Numbered from the stretch's first letter, positions 29,792 through 41,950 are shown. The stretch: 64,000 nt of DNA from Eledone cirrhosa (GCA_964016885.1 OZ024741.1:81778001-81842000); one strand, 5' to 3'. A program made the numbers and translations. Notes: a model not told the origin generated them from the sequence alone.

Positions 29792-31672
29792 GCAAATCCC
29801 CGGGTCTCGATGGTCTTCCATACGAACTATATCTAGCTATGCCGGACTTGTTCCCCGATCTCCTCGAGGCGGTCTACTGCAACTGGCAACAGAACGGGAG
29901 AATTCCCTGTGCTGTGACCAAGGGTGCAGTCACGCTAGTGCGGAAGGACGAGAACAAAGGGGACGATATAAATAATTTCAGGTCCATAACTCTGCTAAAT
30001 ACAGAGTTACAGATTTTGGCCAAGGTGCTAGCAAAGAGGTTGGCGCTTGTCGTGGGCAACCTGGTGGGAGATGCGCAGACATGTGCTATCCCGTCCAGGT
30101 CCATCCACGACAACCTCCACTTCATGCGATACATCAAAGAGAGGGTTGGGAACGAATCCGGCTTTGGTGGGGCCCTGATCAACTTGGATCAATCTAAGGC
30201 GTTCGAAAGGGTCGACCATGGTTACCTGGATGCGGTGTAAGCGGCGGCAGGCTTCGGACCTGTATTTAGGTGCTGGATCACTGCCATGTACAGCAGCCGC
30301 ATCTGCTCTAGGGTCAAGGTGAACGGCTACCTCTCGGAGCCGTTCGAAATCGCGCGGTCCATCCGACAAGGGTGCCCTCTCTCCTCCCTTCTGTATGTAG
30401 TGACTCTAGAGCCACTGCTGCGGAAGTTGGAGTTGTTGCAGGGCATCCCGTTGGAACCGAGATTGCGGAAAGCGGTGTCGGCCTACGCCGATGACGAAAC
30501 AGTAATGGGGTCGACGGCCTCGGAAATCGGGGCGATCGGCACCTTACTGGAGGAATACGAAAGGTTTACAGGGGCTAAGCTGAATCGGGATAAGTCGATC
30601 GGTCTGCAACTCGGCACGTGGAGGGGCAGATCGAAGCCCTCCGATGGCGTCGTCGGGCGCTGGACGGAGGGCCCAGTGAAGTTGCACGGGGTCTGGTTCG
30701 GACCAGACCTCCAGGTGGAGAAGAACTGGGGTGAAGTAACGAACAGGATGTTTGCACTGACCCAGAAGTGGGCCGAGTGCAAACTGTCCCTGAAAGGTCG
30801 GGCGGAGGTGGCGAACACTTATATAGCGTCCGTCATCTACTACCGCATGACCGGTAGGACATTCAGCCCGGGACCCATGGATAACTTCCAGAGGTCCCTG
30901 GCCTGGCAGTGCTACCGAGGGGCTCTGCCCGTTCGAGAAAGGCTCTACAGACACCGGCGCCCGAGTAGGGACCCCTCGAAAAAGATCTGTCCCAGATGCG
31001 TGCGCGACGAGGAAACCGATGCACACGCATTGGTAAACTGCTCGGGCATTGCTGATCTGTGGGGCTATGTCGAACAACTGCTGTCAAGGGTGGGACCGAT
31101 CCGGTTGACCACCGAGTCTATTGTAACGATCAAGCCGCCTCCCCTTTTCAAAAACGAAGAAGAGGCGGTGTTTCTGTGCGTAATAGTCATGGCGAAAGGG
31201 GTTGTATGGTGGACGCGTCTGAATGGACTGAGGTCAGACACCTTTCTCTCTGGCCAACAACTGGTCCGTTTCTTCCGATATCATTTCGGAAGAAGGATCA
31301 GGATGGAGAGAAAGGTGCTGCACCCCAGCCGTTATTATGAAAGATGGGTGAAAGTGGCGAGAATGGTCCGTGTGAATGGGCCTTCACTCTACAACGGACT
31401 ATAGGTGAGGAAGATGAAAGATCAAGGGAGCACCCCCTCTCTGTGCTCCTGAGGAGAAGGGTTGCACACTTTTTTCGGGGGTGTGTGCGAACCCCCAAGG
31501 CGCCTCCTCCCTATTGAGGATTTTGTTATTAAATTTATTTTTGTTATATTTTATATTTTATTTTTTATATTTTGTTATTGCCTCCTCCTTATTGAGGACG
31601 CCTTTTTATGTAAACTCCCCCCATTGTACTTGTCCCACTTTTTGATGCCCTGGTGGCAAATAAAAAGAAAGT
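29792..31672 (+). mobile_element. 5'-truncated L1/Tx1-type LINE (RT plus C-terminal CCHC/zf-RVT), pseudogenised
   Basis: KSPGLDG, FRSITLLN, LDQSKAFERVDH, SIRQGCPLS, AYADD, CPRC..ETDAHALVNC. Premature TAA at 30238-30240 with the frame continuing; probable internal deletion near 30853; AATAAA at 31659; GC-rich relative to its surroundings. Confidence 0.92.
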
Positions 31673-31688
31673 TATCTATCTATCTATC

Positions 31689-31749
<61 letters not shown>

Positions 31750-31788
31750 GAAATGTCAGTCAACAGTAACTTCGTTTTGTTCATATTC

Positions 31789-31847
31789 GCTGCAATGTAT
31801 ATTTCGGTGATAACCATTATTCAACAGCTATGATCTCATCAGGCAGC
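31789..31847 (-). ncRNA. Minimal type I hammerhead ribozyme
   Basis: Minus strand GCTGC-CTGATGA-GATCATAGCTGTT-GAAT-AATGGTTATCACC-GAAA-TATACATT-GCAGC: 5-bp stem I, intact core, stem II with G-U pairs, predicted AUU cleavage site. Confidence 0.75.
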
Positions 31848-33138
31848 TAGAACTTGAACAGAAAAAACAGTAAAAAATAATATATATATATATATATTAC
31901 AGGGAATAACGCAAGTCTATGACGTTGATATGTAATTTTGTGTGTGTGGATGTTAGCATGTAGGTGACAGTATGATTATAGTATATTTTCTTTCTCATAG
32001 AATCTCATAGTACCCATTTGCTAAAAAATTAAAAAATGTTAATCTCATCTAGTTTATATTAACCACGTCCCAGATATTTGTTATATATACTAAATCATGT
32101 AAAAATTATTTTAGTAGCCGGATCAGCGGCAATCCACGAAATTCAGAGTAATCTCAATAATATAATAAATATATGATAATCTTTTTTTTGGTATTGAAAA
32201 ATGGACCATATATATGTGTGTGTGTGTGAATCTATTTATGTTTCTGTGTGTGTGCGTGGTGGTGGCAGGTGTTTCCTGTTCTCTCTCTCTAATTCTTTTG
32301 TGTTTGTATGTGTTTCTCCCTCTTTCTGTCTCTCTGTTTATGTGTGTGCGTGTGTCTGTGTGTGCGTACACGTGTGTTTCTGTGTTCTCATGTGTGTACT
32401 AGGCTGATTGAAACCAGATAATGAGAGGCATGGAAGAATAGGAAAAAAATGAAAGCAAAAAAAAAAAATCAAGAAAATATTGTGTTGGAGATGGGGGGGG
32501 GGGGGGGTCGTAGACAGAAATAAATAAACATATAAAGAAAAAAAGGATGTATATGTATCATATAACATATATTATATATTAATAATATATAATATATAAT
32601 ATATTAGAGAAGACAAGAAAGATGATCAGGGCGGAAAGTAAATAATTTTGGATGCAAATAAATTGTGTTATTATGTGTTGCCATAATATAGAAATGTAAA
32701 ATTGAAAGAGAATATCTTACAACGATTTCCTATAAAATATAATATATAAATTATAGACTAAACTTATGATGTTATGTTATGTGACCATTTTCATTCATTT
32801 TCTTTTTTTTTGCATAGATTTTCTTGTTTTGTTTTTGAAAATATATATTTAGAAAGATTAGTGTTATAAGTTTTTCTATTTTTTTCCTCTTTCAACTTCC
32901 ACCTCACTCTCTTTCCCACACACAGTATGTACACACGCACACACACACATATATATATGCGTGTGTGTATGTATGTATATATACACACACAAATATATAC
33001 ATATATTATATATATATATATATATACACATGTATACATTACCAGGCCATAATCACGATAATGTTATCAACAAGTTACCGTTGTCAAACATTACTTCTAC
33101 AATAAGTAACTTCCACTCTATTTCTTCTTCTTCTTCTT

Positions 33139-33189
<51 letters not shown>

Positions 33190-33347
33190 ATGTCTGTGTG
33201 TGTAGAGAGAGATAGAGATAGAGAGTGGAGATGTGTATGTGTTTCAATAAAAATATCAATCTTCACTCTCTTATTGGGTAGTCATTCGCGCGAACGTCTT
33301 TCTTTACGGAACTGATACACACAAACACACATATACACATACACACA

Positions 33348-33432
<85 letters not shown>

Positions 33433-33589
33433 CAATGGTAACTGTTGCTTATTCTAGCCAATAGTTCGCTTGGGAGATAGTCAGCACGAATCACGCCTTT
33501 TGCTCTGAATATATGGACTCTTCTGAGACAATAACTGATGGCTTGAAATTGATAGACTTGGCAGTTGGTATATGAGGACTAGTTTTATA

Positions 33590-33656
33590 GATTAATTGTT
33601 TCTACATTAGGCACAAGGCCAACAATTACCGTGTGCATTACTGGTACTTTATTTTA
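33590..33656 (-). mobile_element. SINE family A, 3' fragment
   Basis: AATTGTTTCTACATTAGGCACAAGGCC..CATTACTGGTACTTTATTTTAT. Confidence 0.8.
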
Positions 33657-33822
33657 TACATTTATGATGTTTAAATAAACTTTAATTATTACAAACCGTT
33701 TGCACGTAAAATAATACCAGGTGTACAAGTAGCGATGGTTCATAACTGCAAAAGGGAACACTTTTACAGACGAATTATTAAATGTCTTATCTCTCTCTCT
33801 CTCTCTCCATATATATATATAT

Positions 33823-33938
33823 ATAGGAAAAAGTATGACCCCGACGGCAGAGCTCAAGCCGTTTCGACGGCTATTTCTGGACTGAAATAACCGTCGAAAC
33901 GGCTTGAGCTCTGCCGTCGGGGTCATACATTTTCCTAT
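33823..33938. repeat. ~55-bp-arm near-perfect palindrome made of a mirrored hammerhead 3' half
   Basis: Arms ATAGGAAAAAGTATGACCCCGACGGC.../...GCCGTCGGGGTCATACATTTTCCTAT. The right arm reads CCGTC-GAAA-CGGC-loop-GCCG-TC. Confidence 0.9.
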
Positions 33939-34026
33939 TACCCACTCTACTACCCTAAGTATTGAGTACTCTGGTGCGTTATGGTCCATCTGGTTCCTTA
34001 CCATAATTCCTTCGTTATATATATAT

Positions 34027-34063
34027 AAGCTGAAGATCCGCTAAGGTGAAACAATTGTTCTCG
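34027..34063 (+). ncRNA. Minimal hammerhead core with palindromic stem III
   Basis: CTGAAGA-TCC-GCTAA-GGT-GAAA-CAATTGT-T; stem I only ~2 bp. Confidence 0.55.
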
Positions 34064-35043
34064 GTATGGCGAACTAACTGTTGTGTTACCACTTATATAT
34101 ATATATATTGCAAAAATTGGCAATACATACAATTAAACCTAACGCAAGCACTGGGTAAGAATAAGGAACGAGATGATAATTAGAAGACACAAAATTGTAA
34201 AAGGTGTTGACACTAACGGCAGTACTGCTGGTACGTTTGGGGTCTCAGTGTCTAACAAGATAGTTTTAAAAAACTCATGAAGTATTTCACAAAACGAAGA
34301 TCACGACGAAAGTACAGAAGACATGCATGAACGATAAATATGATGACAAACGAGGAAAACTTTACATAAAATTACATGTGGAAGACAATTACATGTTTAA
34401 TTCAAGGATTAACATAGATATGCATACACATTTACGTACATGTTGCCTCTCTACCATTAATTAGATGAAGTTTGGTTATTGTTATGCTGGGCGTATGATT
34501 TCGGTGTGGTTCGCCTGAGTGCATTTCATTTTTACGTCATATTGTCTACAGTGTGTATATATGGTAGGTTAAAAAGGGATTAGGTATTTTGACAACATTT
34601 CTTTGGTTCGAGGTAGCATTGGAGTTAATTTTTGTCGGGTAATAAGGGAATATTAATGTACATTTTGCCCGCCTGCCTGTATAAAAACTGACGGAAGACT
34701 CTGCTTCTATGCTATGCCTGGCACCAATTTTCGCCCACGTATCTACCACGGGAATCAAAGCAACTGCCAGAATGCAGGAAACTATAACATTCGTGTGTGT
34801 GCGCGGACCCTGCCATATCATACCTATCCCAGAATGTGCAGTGGTAGAAAGGAAAAAAATTCTTGGAGAAAAAGCAGAACTGTTCATTTGGCCATCTCTT
34901 GGAAAACTGTTGAAAGGAGCGTTTAGTTCAGTTGCCTGTCTTTTGAAAGGCTGTGATTAGAGGTGTCTATATCGTGCTGAAAAGGAAAATGTCCTATTGT
35001 ATATAGAATGGGTACGTATGTATGTGAGTGTTTGTGTGCGCGC

Positions 35044-35088
<45 letters not shown>

Positions 35089-35177
35089 CATGAGTGTGTG
35101 TGTGTGTGCGTGTGGGTGTGTGCGGGTGTGTGTGAGTGCATGTTCGTTGTTTGTATATACGAAGTTGTGCAGCCACT

Positions 35178-35868
35178 GTATTCGGCAAGTTGCAAATTAC
35201 AGTTATCGAATTTTACTATATTATCCGAAACCCCGGGGTGCGGACATCCCCGTGCAACCTCCACATTACGAATATACATTTTATTAGTTCAATATTTTGT
35301 CAATTCGATATACGTTCAAACCATATCTCATTGAGTTAGTAATTGTGAGCAATCGGGATTATAGCAAATATACTTCCTACAACCTCGTCAGTATATATTT
35401 TTTCTCCCAGTTAACAGAACAACAAGAAATGTGAGTAAATGGTATTTATTATCATCCTTTTTACCTCTGTATTTCTTTGCAATTCTGTATTTTTTGTTTT
35501 TCCTATCTGGTTGATATCTAAATTCATTCAGGCTATACATTCAGTATATACATCCAGGATATATTTTATTTTGAATTTTTGCCGCTTTTAGCACATTCCA
35601 ATAGCAAGCGATAAGTCATTCTTCCACACGTAACGTTACTAATTGGTGCTGGCTACCATACTCTAGCAATAATCTTTTTACGCTCAGTCTGAATGAATGG
35701 CTTTATTGTGTCCACCGATGAAGTTCTTACAGTATTTGGCTTTCACTATGTACCCAGTGTATTTGGCAAGTTGCAAATTGCACTTATCAAAGCTTACTAC
35801 ATTAACTGAAATCTCGGGGTTTAGACAACCACGTGTAACCACCACATTACGCATATACATTTCGTTAG
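35178..35868 (+). repeat. Two diverged ~110-bp direct repeats (35178-35288 and 35759-35868)
   Basis: GTATTYGGCAAGTTGCAAATT...CGGGGT...CCACATTACG.ATATACATTT present twice. Confidence 0.8.
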
Positions 35869-35931
35869 CACCCTGGAACACGTTTCTCTCTCATTAACAC
35901 TCTCTACCTGTTTACACACGCATGTATATAT

Positions 35932-36012
<81 letters not shown>

Positions 36013-36104
36013 TTAAAAGTTAAACAAGGTTCAATGAATAAATCAAAGAATGAGTTTTACAATAGATTGGAAGCACTCAACAATAATGGTTTTCCTGAGT
36101 TATT

Positions 36105-36345
36105 AATATTAATTCAAAATATTTAAAAAAATAGACATTCGTGTGATCAAGTATATTTTATTATACATATTTATGACTACCATGACTGAATATTAACCAT
36201 CTACTATGTCAGGGTATGTCATGCATCATCTTATTTTATCTGATGAGGACGTACTGTTGAAGTTAGCTCAGTACCTCTGAAATATGTATAATAAAATATA
36301 CTTGATCACACGAATGTCTATTTTTGTTAATATTTTGAATTAATA

Positions 36346-36346
<1 letters not shown>
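36105..36346. repeat. ~68-bp inverted repeat (36105-36172 / 36280-36346) with a hammerhead in the spacer
   Basis: ATATTAATTCAAAATATT..ATAGACATTCGTGTGATCAAGTATATTTTATTATACATATTT and its reverse complement. Confidence 0.9.
36232..36298 (+). ncRNA. Minimal type I hammerhead ribozyme
   Basis: 8-bp stem I TATTTTAT/ATAAAATA, CTGATGA 36240-36246, stem II GGAC-GTACTG/CAGTAC-CTCT, GAAA 36279-36282, short stem III, predicted cleavage after AUA at 36290. Confidence 0.8.
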
Positions 36347-36400
<54 letters not shown>

Positions 36401-36401
<1 letters not shown>

Positions 36402-39400
36402 GAAAAAGTGAGTCCTTCATCAGTGACCCTCCAACCGTCCTCGGCATTTCATCGCTTTAAGGGCCATATGCCTCAGGTTGGTGCGAACAACGGCTAAAAA
36501 AAGTCGTTGGGACACGTAAATAAAGGAGGACGCTAGAGTAACAACAAAAAGGGTTTAAGCAACGGAAAGTGAGTAGAAATAGACAAGTCCCAGATCTCTA
36601 TGAATATAAACTCTGTGAAATCGTGAACAAGAGACGAAAGACCATCGAACCTGGTAGAAATGTGAGCAAGGAAAGAATTTCGCCCAAGTTTGACGGGGGG
36701 AAAAAGAGAGAGAGAGAGACAGAGAAAGGAGAGAAGAGGAAGAAGAAGAAGAAGAAGAAGAAGAAGAAGAAGAAGAAGAAGAAGAAGATAAGGTGGTCTG
36801 GTCTGCGAATTCGGTAAACGCAAGTTTTGTGAAGTCACAGACGAAAGAGAGAGAGAAAAAAATTCCATACCAGCTCGGTCAAGACTGCGCGAGAAAAGAA
36901 TTACACACAGGTCAAACTTGAAGGAGGAGGAGGAAAGAGGAGGAGGAGAGGTAGTGACAGAGAATGAGTGAGTGAAAGTTGAGGAGAGGGTAACAGAGGG
37001 AGACTGCTAGAAGTGGTAAAGATACAAGGAACGAAACAGACAGGCAGCATGGAAAAGTAATATGTGTAAATATGATGATAATAATGGAGCTGCGGCGTTG
37101 CAAATGGGATACATATGAAAAAGTGAGTCCTTCATCAGTGACTCTCCAACCGTCCTCGGCATTTCATCGCTTTAAGGGCCATATGCCTCAGGTTGGTGCG
37201 AACAACGGCTAAAAAAAGTCGTTGGGACACGTAAATAAAGGGGGACGCTAGAGTAACAACAAAAAGGGTTTAAGCAACGGAAAGTGAGTAGAAATAGACA
37301 AGTCCCAGATCTCTATGAATATAAACTCTGTGAAATCGTGAACAAGAGACGAAAGACCATCGAACCTGGTAGAAATGTGAGCAAGGAAAGAATTTCGCCC
37401 AAGTTTGACGGGGGGAAAAAAGAGAGAGAGAGAGACAGAGAAAGGAGAGAAGAAGAAGAAGAAGAAGAAGAAGAAGAAGAAGAAGAAGAAGAAGAAGAAG
37501 AAGAAGATAAGGTGGTCTGGTCTGCGAATTCGGTAAACGCAAGTTTTGTGAAGTCACAGACGAAAGAGAGAGAGAAAAAAATTCCATACCAGCTCGGTCA
37601 AGACTGCGCGAGAAAAGAATTACACACAGGTCAAACTTGAAGGAGGAGGAGGAAAGAGGAGGAGGAGAGGTAGTGACAGAGAATGAGTGAGTGAAAGTTG
37701 AGGAGAGGGTAACAGAGGGAGACTGCTAGAAGTGGTAAAGATACAAGGAACGAAACAGACAGGCAGCATGGAAAAGTAATATGTGTAAATATGATGATAA
37801 TAATGGAGCTGCGGCGTTGCAAATGGGATACATATGAAAAAGTGAGTCCTTCATCAGTGACCCTCCAACCGTCCTCGGCATTTCATCGCTTTAAGGGCCA
37901 TATGCCTCAGGTTGGTGCGAACAACGGCTAAAAAAAGTCGTTGGGACACGTAAATAAAGGGGGACGCTAGAGTAACAACAAAAAGGGTTTAAGCAACGGA
38001 AAGTGAGTAGAAATAGACAAGTCCCAGATCTCTATGAATATAAACTCTGTGAAATCGTGAACAAGAGACGAAAGACCATCGAACCTGGTAGAAATGTGAG
38101 CAAGGAAAGAATTTCGCCCAAGTTTGACGGGGGGAAAAAAGAGAGAGAGAGACAGAGAAAGGAGAGAAGAGGAAGAAGAAGAAGAAGAAGAAGAAGAAGA
38201 AGAAGAAGAAGAAGAAGAAGAAGAAGAAGAAGAAGAAGAAGAAGAAGAAGAAGAAGAAGAAGAAGAAGAAGAAGAAGAAGAAGATAAGGTGGTCTGGTCT
38301 GCGAATTCGGTAAACGCAAGTTTTGTGAAGTCACAGACGAAAGAGAGAGAGAAAAAAATTCCATACCAGCTCGGTCAAGACTGCGCGAGAAAAGAATTAC
38401 ACACAGGTCAAACTTGAAGGAGGAGGAGGAAAGAGGAGGAGGAGAGGTAGTGACAGAGAATGAGTGAGTGAAAGTTGAGGAGAGGGTAACAGAGGGAGAC
38501 TGCTAGAAGTGGTAAAGATACAAGGAACGAAACAGACAGGCAGCATGGAAAAGTAATATGTGTAAATATGATGATAATAATGGAGCTGCGGCGTTGCAAA
38601 TGGGATACATATGAAAAAGTGAGTCCTTCATCAGTGACCCTCCAACCGTCCTCGGCATTTCATCGCTTTAAGGGCCATATGCCTCAGGTTGGTGCGAACA
38701 ACGGCTAAAAAAAGTCGTTGGGACACGTAAATAAAGGGGGACGCTAGAGTAACAACAAAAAGGGTTTAAGCAACGGAAAGTGAGTAGAAATAGACAAGTC
38801 CCAGATCTCTATGAATATAAACTCTGTGAAATCGTGAACAAGAGACGAAAGACCATCGAACCTGGTAGAAATGTGAGCAAGGAAAGAATTTCGCCCAAGT
38901 TTGACGGGGGGAAAAAAGAGAGAGAGAGACAGAGAAAGGAGAGAAGAGGAAGAAGAAGAAGAAGAAGAAGAAGAAGAAGAAGAAGAAGAAGAAGAAGAAG
39001 AAGAAGAAGAAGAAGAAGAAGAAGATAAGGTGGTCTGGTCTGCGAATTCGGTAAACGCAAGTTTTGTGAAGTCACAGACGAAAGAGAGAGAGAAAAAAAT
39101 TCCATACCAGCTCGGTCAAGACTGCGCGAGAAAAGAATTACACACAGGTCAAACTTGAAGGAGGAGGAGGAAAGAGGAGGAGGAGAGGTAGTGACAGAGA
39201 ATGAGTGAGTGAAAGTTGAGGAGAGGGTAACAGAGGGAGACTGCTAGAAGTGGTAAAGATACAAGGAACGAAACAGACAGGCAGCATGGAAAAGTAATAT
39301 GTGTAAATATGATGATAATAATGGAGCTGCGGCGTTGCAAATGGGATACATATGAAAAAGTGAGTCCTTCATCAGTGACCCTCCAACCGTCCTCGGCATT

Positions 39401-40377
39401 TCATCGCTTTAAGGGCCATATGCCTCAGGTTGGTGCGAACAACGGCTAAAAAAAGTCGTTGGGACACGTAAATAAAGGGGGACGCTAGAGTAACAACAAA
39501 AAGGGTTTAAGCAACGGAAAGTGAGTAGAAATAGACAAGTCCCAGATCTCTATGAATATAAACTCTGTGAAATCGTGAACAAGAGACGAAAGACCATCGA
39601 ACCTGGTAGAAATGTGAGCAAGGAAAGAATTTCGCCCAAGTTTGACGGGGGGAAAAAAGAGAGAGAGAGACAGAGAAAGGAGAGAAGAGGAAGAAGAAGA
39701 AGAAGAAGAAGAAGAAGAAGAAGAAGAAGAAGAAGAAGAAGAAGAAGAAGAAGAAGAAGAAGAAGAAGATAAGGTGGTCTGGTCTGCGAATTCGGTAAAC
39801 GCAAGTTTTGTGAAGTCACAGACGAAAGAGAGAGAGAAAAAAATTCCATACCAGCTCGGTCAAGACTGCGCGAGAAAAGAATTACACACAGGTCAAACTT
39901 GAAGGAGGAGGAGGAAAGAGGAGGAGGAGAGGTAGTGACAGAGAATGAGTGAGTGAAAGTTGAGGAGAGGGTAACAGAGGGAGACTGCTAGAAGTGGTAA
40001 AGATACAAGGAACGAAACAGACAGGCAGCATGGAAAAGTAATATGTGTAAATATGATGATAATAATGGAGCTGCGGCGTTGCAAATGGGATACACATGAA
40101 AAAGTGAGTCCTTCATCAGTGACCCTCCAACCGTCCTCGGCATTTCATCGCTTTAAGGGCCATATGCCTCAGGTTGGTGCGAACAACGGCTAAAAAAAGT
40201 CGTTGGGACACGTAAATAAAGGGGGACGCTAGAGTAACAACAAAAAGGGTTTAAGCAACGGAAAGTGAGTAGAAATAGACAAGTCGATGAAATGCCGAGG
40301 ACGGTTGGAGGGTCACTGATGAAGGACTCACTTTTTCATATGTATCCCATTTGCAACGCCGCAGCTCCATTATTATC

Positions 40378-40379
<2 letters not shown>
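36401..40379. repeat. Tandem array of five ~740-bp units plus a partial sixth, ending in a 95-bp inverted copy; flanked by (TA)n
   Basis: Unit starts 36401, 37116, 37835, 38612, 39353, 40097 (lengths 715, 719, 777, 741, 744). Length varies mainly in an internal (GAA)n. 40285-40379 is the reverse complement of the unit junction. Confidence 0.97.
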
Positions 40380-40419
<40 letters not shown>

Positions 40420-40560
40420 CATACAGATAAATCTACCGGTCAATGGTAGGGTCTAAACCGTATGAAGAACTCAATGTAATCCGTATGTAGAAGATGTCGT
40501 GAAGCAGTTTAAAATACAAAATTTTCAACGATATAATTCATTGGATACAGAATCAAAAAT

Positions 40561-40948
40561 AGAAATATTAAAACAATGAAATTAAACAAAAAACGGTTAA
40601 TTCATAGTAAAACTCATTATTTTACGTTCGTTTCTGGGGGGTAGTTCCCCGTATGTCCATTCAATTATTGATCTATGTAAAATATATTACAATATATCAT
40701 AGTAATAAAAAATGAAAAATACATACGTCTTCACTACGCGCTGTCTTCAGAATTATTTCTGAATACGGCGCGTAGTGAAAACGTATGTATTTTTTATTTT
40801 TTATTACTATGATATTTTGTAATATATTTTACATAGATCAATAATTAAATGGACATATGGGGAACTACCCCCCAGAAACGATCGTAAAATAATGAGTTTT
40901 ACTATGAATTAATCGTTTTTTGTTTAATTTCATTGTTTTAATATTTCT
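40561..40948. repeat. ~190-bp-arm palindrome with almost no spacer
   Basis: AGAAATATTAAAACAATG...CTGTCTTCAGAA tt a tTTCTGAATACGGCG...CATTGTTTTAATATTTCT; scattered mismatches. Confidence 0.95.
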
Positions 40949-40980
40949 CTCTCTCTCTCCCTCCCTCCCTCTCTCTCTCT

Positions 40981-41027
<47 letters not shown>

Positions 41028-41090
41028 AATATATATATGTAGGAGGTGTGTTTTATTGTAGTACAATAAAGCAATGCAGATATCGGATAA

Positions 41091-41273
<183 letters not shown>

Positions 41274-41305
41274 AATGAATAGAGGTGTAACACACGAGTT
41301 ATGAT

Positions 41306-41950
41306 ATATTGGTAAACGGAAAAGAAAATGCTGACAAATTGTTCCCAGTGAAAAATAGTTTAATTAGGAATAAGTAAAAATCAGTAATAGTATTGGTTAG
41401 TATTCAGTTTTGGTTTTAAGTTTTACCGGTTGCGCATTTCTAATGCTTTTCAAAAAATAATTTTGAGATAGAGCGCCCGTGATGTTTGCTCTAATCTGAT
41501 TAGTTTTGGAAATTCTACCTGTTTTATGTGAAAAAAGTGGCTCCAGATGTATTAAAATAAGTTTCGCGCCAATTCTTGTGGTCAAAACAATTTTGATTGG
41601 TCGGTAGAGGTCATGTGAATGTTAAAAATTGATTTTGCGCCAAATGTAGGTTTGTGTCGGCTGATTGAGAAGTCACTGAAAAATAAGTCTTTCAAAACAA
41701 ATATGTGTGTGTGTGTGTGTGTAGTAGTAGTAAAGAGGTTCGTTGTTGTGATAATGGTCAGCAGGGATGTGTGTGGGAACCGCAGCCTGTTGACAGTTCA
41801 AATGCCTATTAAGACAAGTGTGTGTGTGTGTGTGCGTGTGTAGCAGAGTAATTCGTGGTAGAGGCATTGTCAGTAGGAATGTGTCTGTACGTGTGTGGGG
41901 GATATTTTAACATGTTAAAAGATATTTTTCAGCTCTTGTCTTATACGGAG

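Noticed and set aside
33490-33530. Further hammerhead candidates (33490-33530 minus, 20968-21010 plus, 41661-41690 plus, 42150-42200 minus)
   Set aside because: Too many core mismatches or no supporting stems; indistinguishable from chance in AT-rich DNA by eye.
37068-37140. C/D-box snoRNA suggested by ATGATGA in each tandem unit
   Set aside because: No matching D box (CTGA) or terminal stem on the same strand.
36533-40097. Poly-Glu, poly-Arg, poly-Lys and poly-Leu ORFs in the tandem units
   Set aside because: They come from the (GAA)n tract, and the frame differs between otherwise identical units.
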